64,000 nucleotides of DNA from an uncultured Candidatus Saccharibacteria bacterium. Lineage in GTDB: Bacteria > Patescibacteriota > Minisyncoccia > GWC2-36-17 > WO2-46-25. This document shows, one piece after another, positions 56,906-64,000 of the stretch. The translations under genes and the position numbers were made by a program. The stretch is from assembly GCA_964359755.1 (NCBI GenBank), contig CAYHUB010000001.1, forward strand, positions 39,797 through 103,796. Reading direction: 5' to 3'. The notes under the pieces were generated by a model that saw nothing but the letters and a program-made list of their open reading frames with translations, was not told the origin of the DNA and did no database searches. Position 1 is the first letter of the stretch. Every line of letters starts with the position of its first letter.

Positions 56906-57184
56906 ATGGCAACAACAAAATCATCAGGTTCTACTCGCCTCGGCCGCGATTCGCAAGCGAAACGCCTCGGGGTGAAACTATTTGACGGAGAGATCGTAAA
57001 ACCGGGTAATATTATCATACGCCAGCGGGGCACAAAATTTCTTGCGGGCGCGAATGTCCGGATGGGCAGTGATAATACGCTCTACAGTGTTGTTGAAGGT
57101 AAAATAAAATTCGGAGTACGAAGGAAAAAATGTTTCAACGGCAAATCGCGCGAAGCGAAGGTCGTGAATGTTATGACAGCGTAA
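56906..57184 (+). CDS. rpmA: 50S ribosomal protein L27
   Basis: [16 protein letters not shown]...[12 protein letters not shown] is a bL27 hallmark. Confidence 0.92.
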   Translation: MATTKSSGSTRLGRDSQAKRLGVKLFDGEIVKPGNIIIRQRGTKFLAGANVRMGSDNTLYSVVEGKIKFGVRRKKCFNGKSREAKVVNVMTA

Positions 57185-57200
57185 TCTATTCTAATATTTA

Positions 57201-57233
57201 AAAAACAGTCCCATACTTCGGGACTGTTTTTTA
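57201..57233. terminator. bidirectional terminator (acagtcc/ggactgt) between rpmA and rplI
   Basis: Stem followed by tttttt on the plus strand. Confidence 0.75.
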
Positions 57234-57674
57234 TTCTCGCTCGACAGTGATCGTCATGTCCGCCTCGATGCCGTGATCGAGTTTTATTTTTATTTTGTGC
57301 GCGCCAAGCGTTTTGAGCGGATGCTCTAAAAGAATAGCTGATTTATCAAGCGCGATCTTTTTTTCTTTTAAGATCGAGAGGATTTTCGGCACGCCCACGG
57401 AACCAAAGACGCTTCCGTCATCACCCGCTTTAAGCGTGGCAATGAACTGCGTACGGCCAAGCTCTAATGCGAGCGCGGCGGTCTTTTCCTTTTCTCCCGC
57501 CTTCCTGTGCTTCTCTATTTCAGCGCGCAGAGCCGCGTCATGCACAATACCTTCGGTTGCCGTCGTCGCGAGTCCGTTTTTAAAAAGATAGTTGCGCGCG
57601 TAGCCGTCCGCCACGTTCTTCAGCTCTCCTTTTTTACCGACGCCTTTTACATCTTTTTGCAGTAGTATCTTCAT
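57231..57674 (-). CDS. rplI: 50S ribosomal protein L9
   Basis: [31 protein letters not shown]-terminus of bL9. Confidence 0.9.
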   Translation of the reverse strand: MKILLQKDVKGVGKKGELKNVADGYARNYLFKNGLATTATEGIVHDAALRAEIEKHRKAGEKEKTAALALELGRTQFIATLKAGDDGSVFGSVGVPKILSILKEKKIALDKSAILLEHPLKTLGAHKIKIKLDHGIEADMTITVERE

Positions 57675-57679
57675 AATTC

Positions 57680-58891
57680 TTATTTTAAACTCCGTGCGAT
57701 CTCAAACGCCTTTTCACGTTGAGGATCTTTCCCCGCGTCCCTGTCTTCCGCGGTTGTTTCCACCTTCACCGTCGGCTCGATCCCTTGCTCGTGAATGGAC
57801 GCGCCTGACGGCGTAAGCCATTTTGCGACGGTTATTTTTATGCTTGTGCCGTCTGCGAGATCAACAACCTCCTGCACCGATCCTTTTCCGAATGTTTTCT
57901 CTCCGACGAGCGGAACATCGCGCGCATCCCTTAACGCGCCAGCAACGATTTCAGCCGCAGAGGCAGACCCCTCGTTGATGAGCACGACGACCGGCATGGT
58001 TTGGAAATACCGATATCCGTTGGAGCGAAACTCATTGCGTCCTTTGCCGTTGTCGCCGAAATCCTCTATCGCAACGATCTTCCCTTCCGGAATAAAGAAA
58101 CTTGCGGTCTCGATTGCGGAATCAAGGAATCCTCCTGCGTTATTGCGCAGATCAAGCACGACGCTCTTTGCGCCTCGCGCAAGCGCTTGTCGGGCGGCTA
58201 TTTGAAATTCCTGATCGACATCGCCAAGGAAGTTGAAGAGCTGTATATATGCCACATTGCCCTCTTCCATGCGTAATTCCACCAAAGGCATCTTGATGAT
58301 GTCCCGCACAATACTAAAGTCTCGCGGTTCATCGAATCCGTCGCGCATAATATTTAAAAGCACTTTTGTGCCGCGCTCGCCGCGGATCTTTAACACCGCT
58401 TCCTCAAGTGATAATTCACCGGTAAAAACGCCGTCGATCTTGCCAATCTTATCTCCCGCGCGAAGGCCTGTTTTTTCCGCAGGAGAATCCTTGAGTGGCG
58501 CAATAATGGTCAGGATACCGTTTTTAAAACCGATCTCCGCGCCGATTCCCGAGAAACTGCCGTTGATGTCGTCCCCGAGCATCCGTGACTGATCGGGCGT
58601 GAAAAACGAGGTATACGGGTCGCCCAGCGATGCTACCATCCCTTCCACCGCTCCATACACCATTTTTTGCGGATCGATCGTTTTACGGTCGACGTATTTA
58701 TCGGTTGCCGTTTTCCATGCGTCCCAGAAGATGTCAAAATCCGCCTGCACGCCGGCCGGCTGTTCTTTATGCGTAACGCTTTGTACTTTGTTAAGCGATG
58801 GCACGGAACTCTCTCCGGCGTAAAACCCGAACGAATACGCAAGAAAGACTACAAAAGCGGCGCACACGAATTTTAGAATACGTTTAAACAT
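57680..58891 (-). CDS. S41-family C-terminal processing peptidase (paralogue of 54899..56449)
   Basis: The GDPY...GIGAE...AGLRAGDKI...DLRNNAGG...GEKTFGKGS blocks parallel those of the first S41 gene. Confidence 0.85.
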   Translation of the reverse strand: MFKRILKFVCAAFVVFLAYSFGFYAGESSVPSLNKVQSVTHKEQPAGVQADFDIFWDAWKTATDKYVDRKTIDPQKMVYGAVEGMVASLGDPYTSFFTPDQSRMLGDDINGSFSGIGAEIGFKNGILTIIAPLKDSPAEKTGLRAGDKIGKIDGVFTGELSLEEAVLKIRGERGTKVLLNIMRDGFDEPRDFSIVRDIIKMPLVELRMEEGNVAYIQLFNFLGDVDQEFQIAARQALARGAKSVVLDLRNNAGGFLDSAIETASFFIPEGKIVAIEDFGDNGKGRNEFRSNGYRYFQTMPVVVLINEGSASAAEIVAGALRDARDVPLVGEKTFGKGSVQEVVDLADGTSIKITVAKWLTPSGASIHEQGIEPTVKVETTAEDRDAGKDPQREKAFEIARSLK

Positions 58892-59702
58892 AATGGTGTG
58901 CGCGGATGCCGTGCTTTATAAAATAACGGATCGCGCTGCGTATGTGCACGCGCGTTAACGGATTGAATATCACGTCAAAAATTCCTTTGCGATGCGATTT
59001 TTTTCCATGATAATGATACATTCTCGCCAAAGGATGGTAGATGACCGCGTACCCATTTTCCCAGAATCTCCGCGCCCAGTCAACATCTTCAAAATACATA
59101 AAAAAAGATTCATCCATTGCGCCGACATGCGCGACCGCCTCTTTCGAGGTAAGCAGTACAGCGCCCATCAGCCAATCGACGCGTGTCGGCACGATGCAAT
59201 CTTTAAGGTTCTTGTCATGTAATAAAAAAGCGTTGAGATAGCTCTTAAATATTTTCATGCTGCCGAGCGGTGTCCTCCGTAAAACGATCGTGAGCGGCGA
59301 CGGAAAACGGAATGCCGATTGCTGATAGATGTTTTCAAATCCGTACAGTTTCGGAGCGATGAGTCCCACGCGCTCCCCATCTTTTTTCATGTATGCAATA
59401 AGCGCATCGATCGCATATTCAGTAGCGACGATATCGGTGTTGAGTATAAGAAAATAATCGCCGCTTGCGCGCGCAATTCCCGCATTGACCGCTTTCGCAT
59501 AGCCGGTATTTTCCTTAAACGCGATACAGCGCGCATCCGCAAACTCCTCCGCAAGCATCCGCTCTGCTTCCCCGTCCGATTCCGAATCAACCACGATCAC
59601 TTCATATGAAGTTTCCCGAATAGTAGCGGAAAGCGACGTGAGGCAATTTTTCAGGAGCGCGGGAGTTTTGTAATTGACGATAATAATAGAGAGCGTTGGC
59701 AT
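58884..59702 (-). CDS. GT2-family glycosyltransferase
   Basis: LSIIIVNYKTPALLKNCL N-terminus with DxD region. Confidence 0.8.
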   Translation of the reverse strand: MPTLSIIIVNYKTPALLKNCLTSLSATIRETSYEVIVVDSESDGEAERMLAEEFADARCIAFKENTGYAKAVNAGIARASGDYFLILNTDIVATEYAIDALIAYMKKDGERVGLIAPKLYGFENIYQQSAFRFPSPLTIVLRRTPLGSMKIFKSYLNAFLLHDKNLKDCIVPTRVDWLMGAVLLTSKEAVAHVGAMDESFFMYFEDVDWARRFWENGYAVIYHPLARMYHYHGKKSHRKGIFDVIFNPLTRVHIRSAIRYFIKHGIRAHHYV

Positions 59703-59713
59703 GGTATGTGGTA

Positions 59714-60748
59714 TTAGGGGGTTTTTGCAAAAACATTCTTGAACCGCTCACGGATCTCGCTATACTCCTCCATGCCCGCCTTGGGAGTGAGGATGTATGC
59801 GGCGTTTGCGTTCCCCGATACGAGTAAGCCGTCCTGTGTATCATCGAAAACAAAACGCTCAAGATTCCCTTGCGTGATTATTTTTGCATAGCGTGCGAGC
59901 CCGAGCATGCTGATAAAATCAATGTCGGTGCGCACGCCTGCGGCCACCGTATTGAGCGTTTTGTTGATCGCGATCGGGTTTGCAAGGATGCCCAGACTCA
60001 TGACTTTTTTCCCTAACGCCGTAATGATGTCCTGCTGGCGCCGCGCGCGGTCGAAATCATTTGTAGAATACCGTGAACGGGCGTAATACAGAGCTGTCTC
60101 GCTATTCATGTGATTCATTCCTTTTGGTACGGAGAATTCGTATCCCCACTGCGATGATTCGGTAAAATCAGCCGGCACGTACACATCTATTCCCTTCACT
60201 GCATCAATGAGCCCCCTGAATGTGGAAAAATCAATTGCAACAGCATGATCGATACTGAGCCCGCTTACCCGCTGGACCGTGAGCGTCGCAAGACGCAAGC
60301 CGTCTCCATGTGTTTGTATGCCGTATGCGTAGGCGTGATTGATCTTTTCCATTTTATTGTATCCGGGAATCCGTACATACAGGTCGCGCGGGATCGAAAA
60401 CAGCGCCGCTTTTTCTTCGTCCGTTTTAATGCTCAACACGATCATGGTATCGGTAAGATAATCTCCCGCATCTTCTCCTGTGTCGCCGCGAAGACCTAAC
60501 AGCAGGATATTGATGCGATTTTCCTCACGATACACATTGCCCTCGCCTTCTATATGAAATGACTTGCCAAAGACGCTTTTGGTGATAAGTGAAAATGTCT
60601 TTTCAACCTTAAAGAGCAGAAAACTCGGAATAATAAGCGCGAGCATAACCGCGCCAAGCGCAATGCGCCGCCGCCATGACATACGGCTGGGCGGTTGCGG
60701 CGGAGTAGAGATGGGAGGATTTTGAAAATTCATACGGAAAACCATTGT
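59714..60748 (-). CDS. LytR-CpsA-Psr (LCP) family cell-envelope glycopolymer transferase
   Basis: ILLLGLRGDTGEDAGDYLTDTMIVLSIK...FSIPRDLYV LCP core. Start moved to the internal Met, because the ORF-track start overlaps the upstream GT2 gene by 244 bp. Confidence 0.75.
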   Translation of the reverse strand, partial: TMVFRMNFQNPPISTPPQPPSRMSWRRRIALGAVMLALIIPSFLLFKVEKTFSLITKSVFGKSFHIEGEGNVYREENRINILLLGLRGDTGEDAGDYLTDTMIVLSIKTDEEKAALFSIPRDLYVRIPGYNKMEKINHAYAYGIQTHGDGLRLATLTVQRVSGLSIDHAVAIDFSTFRGLIDAVKGIDVYVPADFTESSQWGYEFSVPKGMNHMNSETALYYARSRYSTNDFDRARRQQDIITALGKKVMSLGILANPIAINKTLNTVAAGVRTDIDFISMLGLARYAKIITQGNLERFVFDDTQDGLLVSGNANAAYILTPKAGMEEYSEIRERFKNVFAKTP

Positions 60749-61746
60749 TCCATTTCTTGCCGGGTCGCTTTTGTATGCGACATAATATAGTTTCGCTTGC
60801 GCAGCATCCGCGGCAACAAGCGCAGCATATGCGGAATCGCGCGAAGCGTGTACGGCTCGAACAAAACGATATAGCAAAATAACATACATTCGCGCAGGAA
60901 GACATAGCGAATATCTTTCAACGCTGAAAGTACGAAATCGTTTTTGATAAAGGTAAAATGCTGATTCTGCCAATCAAGCATGCGTTTGCGTATCGGAATC
61001 GTGCGACGCAAGGCGATAAAGTCGCGCAACCCGCTGCGCAGCCGCTTGGTCGTCGAACGGTCATGATAGGCGATCACTGACGGCGCGTAATAGCTTTTCC
61101 AGCCGAATAGGCGCAAGCGCCACCCCAGATCAATATCATCCGCGTACCAAAAATAATCCTCGTCATGCACTTCGCCGTTGACCGCGCTTGCCTCAAGCGC
61201 TTCCCGCCGCCAGAACGGAACCGCTCCTTCGTATGAAAAAACCTCTTCTGCGTGGTCGTACTGCCCCGTATCTTTTTCGCCGTGTCCGCGATTAATTATG
61301 CGACGCGACTTGAAAATGATAAATCCGGTGGTGTCGATAATGTCGGTTTTAGCGCCCCCTTCAAGGCGATATATCTTTGCCTGAAGTGCGCCGATGCGTG
61401 CGTCTCGCTCCATTACCTCGACCGCGCGCGCAAGGAAATGTTCATCAAGCACGATATCAACGCAAAGGCCGAGGATGTACTTCCCTTTCGTGAGTGTGAG
61501 GCATTTGTTTTGCCCCGGTCCGAACCCAAGATTTTCAGTATGGGCTATGAGGCGAAACTCGGGAAATTCCTGTGCTACGATATCCCGCGTGCCATCGGTG
61601 GAATTATTATCAAAAACCACCACCTCGCTGTGGGTATATGTCTGGGAGCGCACCGAGCGCAGGCAATCACGGATGTATTTTTCCCCGTTTTGCACGACTA
61701 AATTGATAGAAACCAAGGGTTGTTCCATTTTTTCCAGTATCGTCAT
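60730..61746 (-). CDS. GT2-family glycosyltransferase
   Basis: VSINLVVQNGEKYIRDCLRS N-terminus, and DDIDLGWRLRLFGWK (GT2 rhamnosyl/galactosyl-transferase-like). Confidence 0.8.
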   Translation of the reverse strand: MTILEKMEQPLVSINLVVQNGEKYIRDCLRSVRSQTYTHSEVVVFDNNSTDGTRDIVAQEFPEFRLIAHTENLGFGPGQNKCLTLTKGKYILGLCVDIVLDEHFLARAVEVMERDARIGALQAKIYRLEGGAKTDIIDTTGFIIFKSRRIINRGHGEKDTGQYDHAEEVFSYEGAVPFWRREALEASAVNGEVHDEDYFWYADDIDLGWRLRLFGWKSYYAPSVIAYHDRSTTKRLRSGLRDFIALRRTIPIRKRMLDWQNQHFTFIKNDFVLSALKDIRYVFLRECMLFCYIVLFEPYTLRAIPHMLRLLPRMLRKRNYIMSHTKATRQEMEQWFSV

Positions 61747-61764
61747 CGCGCAACGATACGTAAG

Positions 61765-63330
61765 TTATTCGCCTGCAGATGGCAGACGCACTGACGACGA
61801 TCGCGCTAATGCAAACATCATGCCCAAAAGCACCATGAGCAAAAGAAACGGCCGCTCATCGAATATCGCAACATCCGTCATACTATACCACAAAATCCAG
61901 ACGAGATACATCAGCGCATTGAGCGCGAAAAATCGCACATAATCATCCGCACCGCGCGTAAACAGATACCATCCTTTTTTCATGATTACGACGATAAAAA
62001 GGGAGGTCGCAACAAATCCGAGCACGCCAAGCTCCGCGAAAAAGTTGAGATACAGATTATGCGCTGATGCGCCCGCTTTGCTTGCGCTCGGATTTAACGC
62101 AAGCACGACCGGAAAATTACCGATACCGACGCCGAGCAGTGGGTGTTTGCCCATCGAACGCAATGTTTCCTTCCATATATATATCCTTCCTTGGTTTGAG
62201 GTTTCCTCGGTATCGACGATCGACCTGATGCGCTCGGCAAATACGGCGCGCTCTGCGGGAGTACCGCGGAACTGGAACTGCGGTGAGTTAAAGATAAACG
62301 CCGCAAGCGGCAACGATGCAAAAAAGAGTACAAGCGGCAACAACGCTTCTTTGCGTATGGGGTATCGGCGCACAAAAAGATACCCGATAAATACCACGGC
62401 AAAAATCGCGCTTGCCCAGATGCCCCGCGTACCGGAAAGCACCGCTTCAAGCGCCGCAAACGCGATCACCGCGCCGAGTATATATTTTTTCGGTTTGTTT
62501 TTTTCAAACGCAAAAAGCGTCGTCGCAAAACACAGTATCATAAGAAGATACAGAGGAAATGAATGCGTGTCGGGAAATGAGGAAAACATCCGCAGGTGGA
62601 TCGTGCCGCTATAATACGCAAACCAGGTGTTTGCCACGATCGCGATATTCGCCCACGCGGCGCCGTAGAGCGCCTTATTGACCGTCAGCGCCCAGAACTC
62701 CGAGAAATGATCTACATTCATCGTATAGGCAAGCACCAGTTGAAGCATGCCAACCAGCACGACGATGATGCCCGAATACACGGCGTTCAGTGCGATACGC
62801 GCGGCGTTCTCCCTCGTGGTAATGCTCCGCACAACAAAAAAAAGCATCGTGAGATTCAAAAAGAAAATAATGCGCTTCACTCCCCCCAAAACATCAGCCG
62901 CGCCGATAAGGGATGCGACAGAAATACCTATGAGCGCCAAAGAAAGGAATTCAACAGGCCATTGCCGCCATGCGCGCACTATGCCGTGCCACGCGTTTGT
63001 TTTTATCGCACGCGCGTGCACCAGAACTTCGTCGATAATAGAGTGAATGCGCGCAGTATCTGACAGCCATCTGAAAAAAAGGATGAGTACGATGATGCGC
63101 CATACGTTGAGCGAATCGAATTGTTCGGTAATTGGCAGCGCCACAAAAATAGGGATAGACCGCGCGATAAGCAATACTGTTTCTTCAAGCGGGCAAAAGA
63201 GAGAAAAAAACACTAAAACAGCGGCGGAGAATAAAAACGTTTCGCGAGGAAAACCGCCAAACACCACCGCTATAGTGGTAGCACATTGAAGCGCAAAGAC
63301 GATATTCAGTTTAGTGAGGTAGCGTTTCAT
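61765..63330 (-). CDS. O-antigen-ligase/Wzy-like polytopic membrane protein
   Basis: 521 aa, at least 10 TM helices, large loop with GTRGIWASA... pattern of the O-antigen ligase family. Confidence 0.6.
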   Translation of the reverse strand: MKRYLTKLNIVFALQCATTIAVVFGGFPRETFLFSAAVLVFFSLFCPLEETVLLIARSIPIFVALPITEQFDSLNVWRIIVLILFFRWLSDTARIHSIIDEVLVHARAIKTNAWHGIVRAWRQWPVEFLSLALIGISVASLIGAADVLGGVKRIIFFLNLTMLFFVVRSITTRENAARIALNAVYSGIIVVLVGMLQLVLAYTMNVDHFSEFWALTVNKALYGAAWANIAIVANTWFAYYSGTIHLRMFSSFPDTHSFPLYLLMILCFATTLFAFEKNKPKKYILGAVIAFAALEAVLSGTRGIWASAIFAVVFIGYLFVRRYPIRKEALLPLVLFFASLPLAAFIFNSPQFQFRGTPAERAVFAERIRSIVDTEETSNQGRIYIWKETLRSMGKHPLLGVGIGNFPVVLALNPSASKAGASAHNLYLNFFAELGVLGFVATSLFIVVIMKKGWYLFTRGADDYVRFFALNALMYLVWILWYSMTDVAIFDERPFLLLMVLLGMMFALARSSSVRLPSAGE

Positions 63331-64000
63331 GAATAGCGCGGGCCCGCGGCTTATTGCGTACGATTGTCAGTAGGGCGCCGATAAAAAGAATGAGTCCTAT
63401 CATACTCAAAATAATCCCCTGCTTCAAGGGTTGAGAGGTGTAGCGCAGAAGCACCGTGTGCGTTCCTGCAGGCACGCGCACCGCTTGAAATAAATAATTG
63501 GCGCGCAACACCTCTGTTGTTTCCCCATCAACCGATGCCGTCCATCCCGGATAATACGCTTGGTTTATAAACACAAGCGTCGGTTTATTTGCGGTCACCG
63601 TCATATGCACCTCGTTTGGGTTATTATTCTCATTAAGGGTGACCTCTCCTTCGAGTGAACGCGCGTCTTGCGTAAGGTGCGGGTCTTTTTCAAGTACAAG
63701 TGTTTTTTTCAGATTGACCTCGGCCATGCGCGTAAGCGCCTCAGTGCCGGTGACCGCCACAGCATACGCATCGGCAAGAAATGCGCGCGAAAAATACCCT
63801 TCGTTCACGCACAAATTCCCCTCTTTTTTAAGCGCTTGCGCGCGCGAGATGATATATTCGCAAGGAAGGTATTTGATACTCCCCAGGTCAATAAGAGCAG
63901 GATTTTTCACCATCGCATCTTCATATGCCGCCTGGCGCTGGAGTGCGAGCGGATTGTAGCCGGAAAAATCATCAACGCCAAACACCTGCGCGAGGTTGCG
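63311..64000 (-). CDS. YfhO-family membrane glycosyltransferase-like protein, C-terminal part (N-terminus beyond the window end)
   Basis: C-terminal QAYYPGWTASVDGETTEVLRANYLFQAVRVPAGTHTVLLRY plus final TM is typical of YfhO C-termini. Confidence 0.6.
   Translation of the reverse strand, partial: RNLAQVFGVDDFSGYNPLALQRQAAYEDAMVKNPALIDLGSIKYLPCEYIISRAQALKKEGNLCVNEGYFSRAFLADAYAVAVTGTEALTRMAEVNLKKTLVLEKDPHLTQDARSLEGEVTLNENNNPNEVHMTVTANKPTLVFINQAYYPGWTASVDGETTEVLRANYLFQAVRVPAGTHTVLLRYTSQPLKQGIILSMIGLILFIGALLTIVRNKPRARAIHETLPH

Noticed and set aside
60749-60973. ORF-track N-terminal 75 codons of the LCP gene
   Set aside because: They overlap the upstream GT2 gene by 244 bp in another frame. The LCP domain and a hydrophobic anchor begin after the internal Met.
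61982-62614. 210-aa plus-strand ORF antisense to the O-antigen-ligase-like gene
   Set aside because: Antisense to a polytopic membrane protein gene that fits its operon context.

Overview
The window is 64 kb of a gene-dense bacterial chromosome (GC about 50-52%) with about 65 protein-coding genes, two tRNAs, and no transposases, integrases or CRISPR arrays. Gene content suggests a small-genome, monoderm-type organism, possibly Patescibacteria/CPR-like; that taxonomic guess is inference only. Points toward it: a transketolase split into two genes, many genes without a Shine-Dalgarno, frequent leaderless-style promoters, and numerous membrane-anchored hypotheticals.

Recognisable content, in order:
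- A thiol-redox pair (DsbA-like, TrxB).
- A long central-carbon cluster (gap, rpiB, rpe, split tkt, PfkB-family kinase, an unknown 417-aa protein, class II fba, then murA and mreB).
- Two GT4 glycosyltransferases, then rplJ-rplL.
- tRNA-Val(CAC), DedA, a P-type Ca/Mg ATPase, an AI-2E transporter.
- A carbohydrate locus: GH1 beta-glucosidase, a DMT/EamA-GH5-like fusion, YvcK, a HAD-like protein, and PGM/PMM.
- RNase J with an odd basic N-terminal extension, tRNA-Leu(CAG), an OppA-like binding protein, secG.
- Two tiny monocistronic genes with textbook promoter, SD and terminator.
- dcd facing a glyA-folD unit and a tandem-duplicated ThyX-like protein with degenerate active-site motifs; the ThyX-like protein is the most interesting item in the window.
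- An AT-rich island carrying a large transglutaminase-like envelope protein.
- A short uvrC; a MacB/FtsX-type ABC pair followed by a small Cys-rich peptide gene; secDF with a long 5' UTR; recG.
- Several membrane hypotheticals, one with a CxxCH motif; two paralogous S41 peptidases flanking rpmA and rplI.
- A cell-envelope glycopolymer cluster (GT2, LCP, GT2, O-antigen-ligase-like, YfhO-like).

Other notable non-coding features are a 123-bp inverted-repeat element between rpiB and rpe, and many clean rho-independent terminators.
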